From the NCBI GenBank assembly GCA_951406725.2, contig OX597816.1:178808001-178872000 (forward strand): DNA of 64,000 nt. The letters are read 5' to 3'. The first letter of the stretch is position 1. Each line of letters starts with the position of its first letter. Source of the DNA: Octopus vulgaris. Lineage: Eukaryota. This document shows, in pieces, positions 36,015 through 50,738 of this stretch. Under the pieces are notes generated by a model, which made no database searches, was not told where the DNA came from, and was given only the letters and a program-made list of their open reading frames with translations. A program made the position numbers and the translations under genes.

Positions 36015-37763
36015 AGTGGTTCTCAACATGGGTCCATGGGACACCTGAGAGTCCATGTAAGCTAAATAGTTTATTGGGTCCACAGTAGTATTTTAAGGGT
36101 AACTGAAAAAAAATTTTCCTTTCATCATCATTGTTTAACATCTGTTTTCCATGCTGGCGTGGGTTGGACAGTTTGACTGAAAACTGGTTAGCTGAGGAGT
36201 TGCACCAGGTTCTAATCTGATTTGGCATGGTTTCTATGGTTGGATGCCCTTCCTAATGCCAACCTAATGCCAAGAGTGTAGTGGGTGCTTTTTACATGCC
36301 ACTGGTACAGGTGCCAGTTATGTAACACTGGCACTTCTCAAACATGGTATATCACCAAAGGTCTCGGTCACCTATCACTGCCTCCACGACTCCCAACATT
36401 TAAATGGTGCTTTTTACGTGTCACTGGCACAGGTTCCAGTTACACGGCATTGACATCAGCCATGACTACCATTTCACTTGGCTTGACAGGTCTTCTGAAG
36501 CACGGCACATCATCAAAGGTCTCAGTCACTTATCATTGCCTTTGTGAGACCCAACACTTGAAGATCATGCCTCACCACTTTGAACCATATCTTCCTGAGT
36601 CTACCTCTTCCAATAGAAGCAGCCAAGTTTCTTTCTCTAATGTTTTAAATAGTTTAACATGTTTTCAGCACTGAAACATGTTCTCTCAGAGAGTTCTATA
36701 GCAAACCTACACAGGTTAATGTGTGAAAAATAAAATAAAAGTTTTGAAAGAAGTATCTATAAGACTAGTTTTTAAATACTGAATGTCTAAGGGACTCCAC
36801 CAGAATAATATAGTAACCAAAAGGGTCCATATGAAAAGAAATAGTTGAGAACCACTGAGTTAAACAATCAGAAATTTGACCACAAAACTTCAGTTGAAGA
36901 AGAGTGACCTGTTATTCCTGAATTTAATGGCTGGTAAACATGATTTATGATATAGTTGATTGGCTACAGTAGTGATAGAGAGTGTAGCGATTGTGGTGGT
37001 GTGAGAGAAGTGGTGCAGCTAGAGGTGGCTCTATTGGAAGTGAAGTGAAGGCTTTAATGATGGTGGCTTTTAATGGTAAGTAAAGCAGTAGGTAAATAGC
37101 AGTGATGGTGATTGCCATGGAAATTTTGCTGCAGTGAAATGGATGTGGTGCTGATGGATTTAGTGGAAAGAAAGTTGTGGTGGTGACTGTAATAAAAAGA
37201 TTGTAGAGCAGAGGTGGGGTGCATTAGTAGTAGCTATAATAAAGACTGATCAGCAGAGCCCTGGTTTCATAAGAGGTGGTCTTTATAGAGAAAAGAGTAT
37301 AGTCACAGCCAACCAAACTAGATTCTTTTAACATCAAAATTCACTTCTTTAAGATTCACACCAACTTCAAAATCTTTTTTATTTCGAAATATTAAGACAT
37401 GATTCGAGGGAGATCTGGCTACTGTTTCCAGCAGGATGAGTGACAACATAGAAGCTCCCTCATTGACACATAAAATAGGAGAGCACATAAGATAATATGG
37501 TCTGAGACACACCTAAAAAGATAAGATGCCTTTCATCATAGGTCTGACTGATCAAATTTCAGTTAAGACTAAATAATAGTAATGTGCAAAGATTTTTTAA
37601 TAGGCATATGCAAGGCTGTGTGGTAAGTTATTTACTTCCCAATCACATAGTTCCGGGTTCAGTCCCACTGCATGGCACCTTGGACAAGTGTCTTCTACTA
37701 TATCTTGGGCTGATCAAAGTCTTGTGAGAGGATTTGGTAGACAGAAACTAAAAGAAGCCTGTC

Positions 37764-37794
<31 letters not shown>

Positions 37795-40700
37795 CACACA
37801 TATCATCATCGTTTAACATTCGCTTTCCATGCTAGCATGGGTTGGACGATTTGACTGAGGACTGGCAAACCAGATGGCTGCACCAGGCTCCAATCTTGAT
37901 CTGTCAGTGTTTCTACAGCTGGATGCCCTTCCTAACGCCAACCACTCCAAGAGTGTAGGGGGTGCTTTTTACGTGCCACCAGTTACGGGAGCCAGTCTGG
38001 CAGCACTGGCATCGATCACATTCAGATGGTGCTTTTTTATGTGCCAGTGGCACAGGGAGCCAGTTGGGTGGAACTGGCAATGACCAACACATGAATGGTG
38101 CTTATTGTGTGTCACCAGCAAGGGAGCCAGTCAGGCGGCACTGGCATCTGCCTCAACTACAATTTCCATTTGATTGTGATTTCATTTTACTTGACTCAAT
38201 AAGTCTCCTCAAGCACAGCATGTTGCTCAACGATTCTAAGGTACTTTTTAAATGGGTTGGTTATGCAACACTGGTGTAGGCTACGGCTGTGATCTCACTT
38301 TCCTTGCTGGGTCTTCTCAATCACAGCCTATCTCCAGAGGTCTCAGTCTTTCGTCATTGCCTCTGTGAGGCCCATTGTTTGAAGGTCATGCCATGTCTTC
38401 CTGGGTCTTGTGTATGTATGTGTGTGTGTGTTTGCCCTACCCACCACCACTTGACTACTGATGCTGTGTGTTTATGTTCCCCGTAACTTAGTGGTTCAGC
38501 AAAAGAGATCAAAAGAATAAGTTACCAGGCTCAAAAAGAAAAATAAGTACTGGGGTCAATGCATTCAACTAAAATTTCTTGAAGGCTGTGCTCCAGCATG
38601 GCCACAGTCTAATGACTGAAACAAGTAAAGGATAAAAGAGAGAGACAGACAATAAAATCTCGGTGCATTACCGAGAGGTTAAGATATTCATGTTTTTATT
38701 TCATGCCACGTAAGTAATACTAGAAAAGCACTCAACAGAGTGCAGACCTCTGCCAAGCAGCTTATTGTAAGATAGATACACAAGTAAAATTACTGATAGG
38801 GAAACGAAAATAAAGTTTGGAAACAGCAACACCACCACAGGTTACGTGGAAATGAGGAATGGGTCTTCAAGGGAGATAATCAAAGAGCGTAACATTGTAA
38901 TACTTCATGTAAAGTAAATATAACAAATGAAAAATCCTTCAAGAATCCATAAAAATTCCCGGATCACTACCAAAATTTCATCATCTGTTCCTTGTGTCAT
39001 TACCAACCTTTCCTGCAAGTTTCATTAGATACCGTTCACAACATTTTGAGTTATTTCACACACAGATGGACAGACAGACTAACCAACGCCGATGAAAACA
39101 TAACCTCCTTCCTTGGCGGAGGTAATAATAACATAATGGAAGAAATTTGAACTGTGGTTTTGAGTTCAGTGCCGCTGCATTGGACATTAGAAAAGTGTCT
39201 TCTACTATTGCTCTGGGCTGACTATAGCCTTGTGAGCAGATCTGGTAAACAGAAACTGAAAGAAGCGCATAGCACATCATCATCATCGTCATCAGCATTT
39301 AACCCTTCGGGATTTAGATTATTCTGTCAAAGGCAATATTTATTCACACTGTTTTGAATTAATCTTGCATTGCCTTGTTTGTCTGAGATTTTGATAATGT
39401 GATTGCTTACACTTAGAATAACATTGTAGTGTTGGTGTGAGAAGCCAGATCTGGCTGATTTCAACATAAAACAGGTAGAATACTTTGGACAGATATGGCC
39501 AGTTTAAATGCTAAAGGGTTAACATCTGTTTTCCATGCTAGCATAGGTTAGATGGTTTGACTTGAGCTGGTTAAGCCAGAGAGCTGCACTAGACTCTAGT
39601 GGTCTGTTTTGGCTTGGTTTCTATGGCTGAATGCTCTTCCTAATGCCAACCACTTTACAAAGTGTACTAGGTGTCTTTTTTACAGGTCACTGATACTGGC
39701 ATGGATGTCTTTTATGTGTCGCCGACAATGCTGGTGATTCACTGAGCTTGATGAGTCTTCCTAAGTACAGCAAATCGCCAGATGTCTTGATCACTTGTCA
39801 TTGCCAAAGATCATATTTCACCACCTTGTCCCATGTCTTCCTGGGACTACCCCTTCCACAAGTTCCCTCTCTATGTGTATCCTTGTCCAGATATCATGTA
39901 ATAGTTATAAATCATCATCATCGTAAGCAAGATTGCTTGTTTCCAGTCTCCCATGAAAAATATGTCAAGGTAAGGGAAAGTTTTACCTTGCTTGGAAACA
40001 GGTGAGGATTAGCAACAGGAAGGGCATCCGGCCGTAGCAAATCTGCTGCAACACATTCTGTCTGACCAATACAATCTTGGAAAAAGTGGACTTTAAATGA
40101 TGATGGTGATGATGATGTACATTTCTATACTTCACTTCTTAAACTATTAGCCATATTTCAATAACCCACTATAAAAGGAAATATCACTTTGCCATTCCAG
40201 TTGTGACAATCAAGTCAATATACTTTGAAAATACATACAATGTATATGAAATGTAAATCAGTATAAAATATATGGCCCCTGGCAGCCCTAAAGAGGTAAG
40301 TAATACTTGATTTTTTTTTTTAATATCAGAATATTTTTCTTCCTAAGAAATGCAAATGTGAATACTCTCTGAAACCCCTCAGAGCTGAAACTTGGCCCCA
40401 ATCTTATAAAGTGAAGCATCCTCTCTTGGACAGGTTGCCAGTCTACTTCAGGCAACATTGCCAGATAAACTTGTATGTGAAGTGAAGTGACACAGAAACA
40501 TAATAAACATAGGGTAATATCAATGTGGTTAAAAAGTTTGCTTCTCAAACACCTAGTTTTATGTTCACTACATACAAGGGGTAGCTGAAAAGTTCCTGGC
40601 TTTAAGGGTATTGCGAAAGGCCTGGTTGAGGGAAAACCTTCCAAGTTATTTTACATGGTATAGAAAAACTGAAGGACCGCTACAATAAGCATGTGAATCT

Positions 40701-41543
40701 AAGAGGAGAATATGTTGAATAAAATCTGATCCTCCTATATTTTCTTTAACCCAAAGCCAGAAACTTTTCAGCAGCCCCTTGTAATACCCAGGATAAGTGT
40801 ATTTTACTTTAATCCTGGGTCAGCAAGAGCTTTGTCAGTGAATCTGGTTAAGGGAAACTGAAAGAAGCTTCTCTGAACTTACAACCAACTGCTGAGATAT
40901 ATTTCTTTACTACCCACAAGGGGCTAAACATAGTGGGGACAAACAAGGACAGACAAAGGAATTAAGTCGATTACATCGACCCCAGTGCATAACTGGTACT
41001 TTATTTATCGACCCCGAAAGGATGAAAGGCAAAGTCAACCTCGGCGGAATTTGAACTTGGAACATAACGACAGATGAGATACGGCTGCGCATTTCGCCCG
41101 GCGTGCTAACGTTTCTGCCAGCTCGCCGCTGAGAGAGTTGTTTTACTCTTTAAATATTCATCCACGTTGGCCCTTTTGTAGTCTATTGTTTGTATGACTC
41201 TGATGAGAGCAGAAGAATGAATGAGCTTCCCACACTACAACAATATTCACTCTTAACAACTGATGAGAGAATTAAGTAGAAACAAACTGACCTAATATTG
41301 AATCAGGGCCACAGTTGAATGCCCCAGCAAGGAACATGAAAACATTGTTGAAATGTAAACCCCAATGGCTGGTCCAACTAAACAAGAGAAGACTGATTGC
41401 ACTCAATAGAACTGAGATTCCTGTTCCGAAGAGAGGTCCTTTGGAGAAAAATCTACAGAAAACAAAGAAAAGAATTTAAAATATTTATATTGGATCAACA
41501 TTAAAGCTATTTTCAGGGAGTGAAAGAACGTATTTTTGTTTTC

Positions 41544-41574
<31 letters not shown>

Positions 41575-44500
41575 GATGGAAAACTGGCAATAAAAGTGGC
41601 CAATAAACGAATTATTATTATCATCATCATCACTGTTCCTTTGATATCAGTTAGATAAGAAATATCAAGCGACAACCAGTAACCTGGGACAGGCATTGTA
41701 GTGTAATGTTAGTGTTCAACAATTTCCTACAAGCCACACCCTACAATCTGAAAGAGGGAAAGAACACATTAAAATCTAATGTGTTTTATTCAGGTTATCT
41801 GAAGTCTATATTATCTGATGATTAGATAAGATAGACCTAAGATAACCTGAAAAGATGGCTGTAAAGGATTTAATGAGAGGTCACTCAATCAGGATTGACC
41901 CAGGAGTAGACAACAACCACTGACTAACACTATCTTTTTAAATCCATTTTACAATTGTTGTCGTGGTTTCTGACCCCACTTCTCCCTTCAACCCACATGA
42001 AATGCCTGTCTCTATCACTTGTCAGCCCTACTCAAAACTTGTAATAAACATTCTGTTCAATTCCAGATTTTACTGTAAACACATTTTCCCTACTAACACC
42101 AAGGTACAGAAGTTCAAACTGAACATCAACTGCATTCATATCACTAGTTTAGATGGATGTGTAAAGGCTGTGGTCACTGTTTCTTCCCTGATTATTTAAT
42201 CATATATTATTTTCCGATCTAAGTTTTAAGGTAATTTCAAATCAGCATATGTACCTATGTATAAGAGTGCACATGTATCTCTATTATTGACGTTGTTGCT
42301 GTTTAGCACCAAATCAGCTCTGATGAAGCAGACTTATGATCAAAGATATTCTGGCTGTGACCATCTGGGAGTACATTGCTCAATACCTCTTTTCCATTTT
42401 TGAGATGGTGGGGTGTGATTTGAAGAAAATTTGTTTGTTATTTCTGGCAAGTTCCTTTGTTGGCTCATGTACACATGTACACATGTATGTCTGTGTTTGC
42501 TTACATGATTGTCTGAGATTGTGCACATGTTTCTCTGAGTTTGAGTACACATGTATAGATGCACAGATGAAAGAATGTACTTCCCAGACTCAAGTTATAC
42601 ACGTTATTTATCTGAGCAGGTCAATTACAATACTAAGCATATACAGCAGTTGAATAATACAGCTCAGTACAATATGAAGAAATAAAAATTACTTGCAACC
42701 TACCTGTCCATGATAAAACCAATCAAAGCACTTCCTAACACGCCACCAACTTCAAAGGCAATCGAGAAAATACCAGCTTGACTTTTAGAATACTTCAGCT
42801 AGAAAGAAAACCATAAAAGAGAAGAGAATATGAAATAGAATAAAGAGGAAAGGCAGCAGGTAATTTTTAAATACGGATTTTTGACATCTTGTTCTAATTC
42901 ATAGTCACTTATATTTTATTTCTATATTTTTGCTTTTTATCTTTAATGTTTATGTATTTTTTTTCATGTTTATTTCTATGTTCTTTTTCTCATGCTTACA
43001 TGGACTCAATGAGTCTTCTCCAGCATGGAATCTCACTACTTGTAATCCCTTATTTCCTTTTTGCGGTTCAACCCCTTGAGATAAGATTTCACCTCTTCTG
43101 CAGGTTCCCTCCAGCTGGCCGCTGGGCACATCTTAACCCTTTCATTATCAACCCAACTGAAACTGGCTCTGGCTACAAATGTCTTGTTTTCATAAGTTTT
43201 GAATTAAAATCTTCCACCAAACTTTAGTCACAATTTATGTTCCTAACACTAGCTGAATGATAAATAAGTTATTTTACTAAATTCTTTGTTATATTTAAAG
43301 TAATTGAAAGAAACACAGAGCATCTCAACAGAAATACAGTAACGAAAGGGTTAAGAAAACTCTCATCTGCCATATCTATGCGGTATCTTCTCTTGCATCC
43401 TAAATCCGATTCCTTTTATATTCAGTTTTTCTCTCTTTCCATTTGTGTTCCTTCATTCATGCACACTAATGCAAAACATCCAGTAGCAAACACTCACTTC
43501 ATTTCTTTCCAGCTTTTGCACCCACTGCCACTAGTAACCGGGTTACCAAGGTAACACATTCTAATGACTTAAACAACATTTGAAAGAATATATTTCAAAA
43601 ACGTTCTTACTGCCAACAACTGTGCATCTCCTGCAGATGAAGATTTCCTTTTCAGTCAGCTTCCTACAGATCCACAATATCCCTTGTCTGCCCACAGTTA
43701 ACAAGAACTACACTATATGTTATTCCTGACAGTTTTCTTTCTGCAAAACCAGAAAGGCTACTTCCTAAAAAAGCAGTCGAGTCCTGTCCTTTTTCCCACT
43801 AAAACTTTTGTTTTAACCTAACTGAAATTTCTTTTCTTCTTACATCTTGTATAAAAAACACATTTCTACTTGAGTTCCAGCAACTTCACAATCTCTCCTG
43901 ACCTACCTTCATAATGCTGATGTTGGTGGTGGTAACAATCACAGTGATGTGAAGTTAGTGAAATAATATGGGGCTCTAGCACTGGCCTCATTGGACTTTG
44001 ATTATGAGATCAGTAATAAGTAAACAGTAAGATGTGAAGAAACTAGTGCTGGTCTGTTAGCAAATAGTATAAAATGTTCAAAAATGAAATAAATTCATTT
44101 TCCATGAGCTAGCATTTTGGCAGGACCTTTTGTCATAGACCAAGGTATGTTTTCTAATGGTACTGACTAAATAAATTATGAGAGAGAAAAAAAAGATCAA
44201 TTGTTCACTGTCTTAACCCTGAAGTTATTGAGCCCCATATCTAAGTAGACAAATTTCTTGACAAGAATTGAAAAGCATACCTCCTAGTCAGTTGACAAAC
44301 ATTCAAAATAATACTTTATGGCATATCAACAGCAAGAATCTAAAATCCAGTATCAACATGTCAAATCACTTAACTCAGTGAACACTCCTGGCAAATGACA
44401 TTGAAACCCAATAATAAAGAGAAAAATCCTATGAAATAATCTTACCTCATTATATAAATACATTGGTAACCACATGAACATACAGTAACGGACAACCTTC

Positions 44501-47500
44501 AGGCAAAACACAGCCAATGCTACATCAAAGACCATCCTGGAAAGTGCAAGGATAGCAATCTTGAATTAATAGGAATACAAAATTTTCATTTCTTAGATGA
44601 GAACAATGTCTCAGATGCATAGATGGAAAATATGATTATGTGATGTTCATGCCTTTCTCAAAGTTATGAACAGAGATCATCTACTAACCATGTAAAATAA
44701 CCTGAAACAAGGTCAAAGACTGAAATAGCAAAAATAATACATGTATTATACAGTGAGTTTTATGGCAGATGAGAGTTTTCTTAACCCTTTCGTTACTGTA
44801 TTTCTGTTGAGATGCTCTGTGAGTTTTGTGAAAACAAATCATAAACTGCTAAACCCTTTAGAAGCTACAGAAGCTACACAAATGTATAAAGAGGGTGTAT
44901 AAATACAAAAAAACTTAATATAAAATATATAAAGTTTCATAAAATATTTCTTTACAAAATTATATAAAAGGTTTAACGGATTTATAAATAAGGATTGACA
45001 ACTGGTGCTGATGTTCCAGTAACTGAGCAGTTTAGCAGAAGTGACTGATAGAACAAGCACCAGGCTTTAAAAATAAGTACTGAGGTCGATTCATTCGGAT
45101 AAAAGTTCTTCAAGGGTGTGCTCCAGCATGGCTGCAGTTTAATGATTGAAACAAGTAAAAGATAAAGATACTCGAAGCCTAGTTTCATGTTAACAACATG
45201 AAGAATCTCACCCAACTTCCCCATCTATTTTTAGTCTAATCCCAGATGGGACTGAAAACGAGTGTATTCTTCGTAAGTGCTCAGTTTCCCAGAGCTATCC
45301 TCAGTCGCTCTGCCTTTGTTTAAATGTTGTTTCAGTGTAGTTTGCTAATACTGCAATACAAACATCAGAGCTAACGTTTCTGTGTTGGACTATTTATTTC
45401 AGTCATCTGTGCCCAAACCTGCCACGGAACCTTCTGAACACACATCATCAACAACAACAACAGACGATTATTATTATTATTATTATTATTATTAGTTTAA
45501 TCAAACTCATTAGTTTGATTAAACTAAAAGGTGCTTACGGGATTTTCATGATTTCCAAAAAACTCATTTTTTTCTTTTCTTCCGTCAGATTTTGATTTTC
45601 TGTGAAATGGAAAAGAAATTATGGCAACATGAAATAAACTCAATAGTTTTTACTATTTTCATGTCTATAGTGTCTACAGCTACACTGAGTTGAAAATGCA
45701 TATATAAATGATAATAATCTTTCTAATTCTATGAAAAACTGTTTTTATTTATGTATAATTCAAGAAATTTAATACAAAATACCAAGGTCAACACTTAGGC
45801 ATTATATTTAACTATTAAGAAAAAATAAGAGGTTAAAATACACTGATTTTTAAGTACAAAAAGTGAGGGTCACGTCATATTCAAAGTAACATAATATTTA
45901 AGTAAGTCATCATCATTTAACATTTGTTTCCCATGCTGGTAAGGATTGGACAGTTTGACGACAGGAGCTGGCAGGCCAAAAAACTACATCAGGCTTCTCC
46001 ATCTGTTTTGGTTTTTAATGGTCTTTTTGGCTGGATACACTTCCTTATGCCAACCACCTTACTGAGTGGACTGAGTGCTTTTTACATTGACACCAGCACT
46101 ACAGAGGTCTGTTTTGCATGGTCTTTACAGTAGGATGCCCTTCCAAATGCCAACCACTTAACTGGGTGCACTGGATGCTTTTCACATGGCACCAGCACTA
46201 GTAGGGTTAACAAATAACTTGAGGTGAGGTGGGGGATTAGAGGAGGTGGCCTTGTACCTGGTGACAGAGGGACAGAAACAGGTGTCTTGCTGTAGAGGAA
46301 GTACAAGGTTACCCACCAAGAGAGTGATCAAGAGTGAGAAAGAAAGTGGAAGAGAGCAAGAGTGTGGCAAAAGTATGTTAAAGAGAAAAAAAAACCCAAC
46401 TACATTACAACCTCCCTAAATTGTAGGGGATCTAATATAGTTGCAGATCTAAGGTGCAGGAGTTTAAATCTTAGAGAAGCAATGTATAATAATATTGTTT
46501 CAAATTTTGGCACAAGGCCAGAATTTCAAGGGAGAGGGTAAGTCAATTACATCAGCCCCAATGCTCACTTGGTACTTATTTTATTGACCCCGAAAGGATT
46601 AAAGGCAAAGTTGACCTTCATGGAATTTGAACTCAGAACATAAAGACAAACGAAACACCACTAAACATTTTGTTACTGTGCTAACGATTATGCCAGCTCA
46701 CAACTTTGATGCATAACAATATTCTCTTTACTCTTTTACTTGTTTCAGTCATTTGACTGCGGCCATGCTGGAGCACCGCCTTTAGTCGAGCAAATCGATC
46801 CCGGGACTTATTCTTTGTAAGCCCAGTACTTATTCTAACGGTCTCTTTTGCCGAACCGCTAAGTTACGGGGACGTAAACACACTAGCATCGGTTGTCAAG
46901 CAATGCTAGGGGGACAAACACAGACACACAAACATATACACACATACTTATATATATACATATATACGACAGGCTTCTTTCAGTTTCCGTCTACCAAATC
47001 CACTCACAAGGCATTGGTCGGCCCGGGGCTATAGCAGAAGACACTTGCCCAAGATGCCACGCAGTGGGACTGAACCTGGAACCATGTGGTTGGTTAGCAA
47101 GCTACTTACCACACAGCCACTCCTAATAATTTTTCTAACATAGGTACAAGGCCTGAACTATTTTGGGGAGGTGACCAGTTGACAGTACTTGACTGCTTCT
47201 TATTTTATCAACTCCAAAAGAATGAAATGAAAGGCAAAGCTAACACTGACCAAACAATAATAGAATAGAACCAAAGAAATGGAGAAAATTTGGAAATATC
47301 TGAACCTAACCTTAACGGGAAGAAAAAGTAATAACTGCTCCTGCGGTAATTGGTGCACTTGGCACCATACCCAAACTGCTACCAAGAGGGCTGAAGGATA
47401 TTGTAGTTGAGATATGGATTGTCTGCTTGTAGAAAGAAAAGTTCCATTCTATTTTCTGCAAGAGTCCTAAGAGAGATTCTTGAGATTTCAGGAGACACAA

Positions 47501-49758
47501 TATCACCAAACCTCAAGGCAACATTTCTGCTAACTATAGTAGCATGTGATTGTTTTATTATTATTATTATTGAGTGAGAGAGCAGTGCATGCACTCGAAG
47601 TGACACTAGGGAAAGATATACAAAGCCCAGTCTACCCATCATGACTACCCGTCTGATAAGGGTACACAAGGCATATGCATCACAACCATATGTGCGCGAC
47701 ATGGCGAGCTCATATCAAGATAAACAGCGCATGACCTTGCAGGTGGAGCCAGTTAGAATTTTCTTCTGGTCGAGTAACCCATCCCGCTCAAAAGGTCCCT
47801 GAATAAGGATTGTTTAAGGATGTTGAAAAAACCACCCCAATCTCCAGAGGTGAATTATTCAAACCCTAAAGAATCCTTCTCAACACATGGCTATGATGCT
47901 CCCCCACTACTTCTGCTCGTGATCAGAGATGCACATATTGTCAGCTACTACGGGGCATGGTCAACTGGTTAAGGTCAAACAACTGACAAGCAAATCTGTG
48001 GTATTGAGCAGAATATTTGCTGTAGCCCATCTTTTATACCAAGACAGAACAATGTACATGATAACACTTCCAATCGGTTAAAATCAGAAGCCATGAGAGC
48101 CACTGCCTGGTAATGCATCAAGGCATTTATTATTATTATTATTATTATTATTATCATTATTAATTTATGTAGATTCACACAGTGACATATCAAAATAGAG
48201 AAAAAAAAAACAGACATTAAACCAGAAATTATGATGAAGCTAACAATAACAACAAACACTGTGATGATGACGATGATAATGACGATGGTGATTATGAAAA
48301 TGATAATTGATAATGATAATGGTGATGATGGGATAGCTGCTATGAGTAGTTCACAAAACATGGACCTTAGGTGGCTCCAAAATCTGCAGTTTTGGTACAC
48401 AACACCACATTTTTCTTTCTTCCTTAATTCAGAGAAAAGAAAAACATGCATCCAAAATCAAAGATCCTGGGAACATTATGCAGATGATGGAAGACAGCTA
48501 AACAGAAAGGGAAACACCTGCTCCAGCCTGTACCATAGTCATAGGCATAGTGAATACATGAATAAAAGACAATTATGCTGTTATGCTAAGATTAACAATA
48601 GCAACAACATCCTTATCGAACCATCTGCTGAAATGATGCACAAAGAAGCACTTCTTTTTGCTACTTTTGTTGTTCTTGTTGTGGTGAAGGTGTGAAGGTA
48701 GAAGAAAACATGCAAAACCAAGAACTGATACACAGAACAAAACCTCTCTTGAACTGGAAATATCTGCAGGTATCTCTATAGCAGATGCATGTCCCTAGCT
48801 AACAGACTCTAAAATAACATGGATGCAGACATGGCTGTGAGGTTATTGGAGTTTGTTTCAGAACCATGTAATTTAGGGTTTAATCTTATTGTGTTACCTT
48901 CAGCATGTGTCCTCCTCTACTATGGCCTTGAAATGACCAGTGCTTTGTGAGTGGAGTTGGTTGACAGATACTGAGAGGAATCCTTTTGTATTTATTTATT
49001 TGTTTGCTCATTCGTTTCACACCTGTATTTCTAAGCTAGCATTGGTTTAGACAGAGAGTTATTTGAGGTAAGATTTTATGGCAGGATGCTCTTCCTGTTT
49101 TTCAGGTAAGGGATCTTTTTATTCCACATGTCTCTAAAAATACAGAGCAACTGGTCATAATGTTAACAAGGAAGGTCAACTTTAGTAGCACTTCACTCAA
49201 GTAGTGACAAGTGTGGAATATAAACATAGATGCACATTCACACACACACGTATACACAGCAGACTTCCTTCAGTTTCCCTCAACCAAATTTCCTTCCAAG
49301 GTATTATTGGTCAATGTATGGTTATTGTAGAAGACACTCAAGATGCCATGCAGTGGGATTGAACCTGAAGCAATAAGTGAACTTAATTACATGCATGTAC
49401 ATATGGGACCTTCATTTCCATGTGCCTTCTATGGCTTCACAAGCCAACTCTGCAACTGCACAGCCATGAAATTTGAGTCAACAATGCTCAAAAGTTACAT
49501 TCAGATAATAACAGAACCAACACAGACATCACGGATAAATAATAAAAGTATATATAATAGAGTCAATGAATATGTGATCCTTTGCAATTCAATAGTTAAA
49601 AAGGTTTAGATTAAGTTTTAAAGAACCTATTCACAGTCAAATAGGTGTTTTAAAACATGTTTGAATCTGACTTTGGGTAGCTGATGACAAGATTACAATG
49701 ACTAGATTAGAATGTTTTGAAGATTTTTCTTTACGGAAACAGTAAAAGATGTTCCAAA

Positions 49759-49798
<40 letters not shown>

Positions 49799-50690
49799 TT
49801 AATAACCCTTAAGCCCTCATCACACTATAACAGTATCAATGAATATGTAGTTCTTGCCGTTCAATAGTTGAGACAATTTAGATTGAATTTTAAAACACCA
49901 ATTTGAATCTGACTTTGAGTAGTTGATGAAGAACTTGAAGAATGCTTTGAAGATTTCTCTTTATGGAAACAATAAACAATATTCTAAAAACAAAGAAAAA
50001 TTTATATTTCATATTTTGGTTAATAATCCTTAAACCCTCATCACAAGATTACACAATCATTAACTCACTTAGTCACCTGAGCTTTAGTGGTTTAAAACAC
50101 TAGAGATATTCAACCAATCAATCAAATTGGCACATAATTTCATTTTTGGCTTTTATACTTATAAACCATTGAAAACTTTTCTCCACTGTTGGTTATGAAT
50201 TGACATCAAGGCCTCTGTAATATTACTTTTTTTAAAGATAGGGATGCAAGCCTGTTTTTACTTCTGGGGGAGGCAGTCCATATTAGTCTGGCCTTTATCC
50301 TTTGACCAGTCCAGCATTAGGGGCCCTATCAAGAACTTGCACTACCACACCACAGCTTATACTGGATCTTGTAATGGATATAATTTTATGGTGGCTGAGT
50401 GCATTGGATGCAAGAAATGATTATGGTGGTGTTACACACACAATTTGAATGGATTAGATTTAACCTGTAATGAAACGGTAATTCTAGAAATTTCAAGAAT
50501 GACAAAAATGAAATTACTGAGAAAAGAAAAAGCTGTCACCTTTGCCAGGCACTTCAATGTTCAATTCATTTGGTTGTTTAAATAACACAAATACAAGAAT
50601 ACCAAATGAAAACTGAAAGAGAGAAATAAATTCAGATCAAATATATTCATGTATATCAGATTATTTGTTATATATAAGTGAATGACAGCA

Positions 50691-50738
<48 letters not shown>

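Noticed and set aside
41195-41290. Two CTGATGAG motifs with a downstream GAAA
   Set aside because: No convincing stem II or stem I pairing, so not called a hammerhead.
47975-48695. Two ~155 aa ORFs on opposite strands
   Set aside because: Composed of retroposon sequence and (ATT)/(GAT) repeats inside an intron; no recognisable domain.
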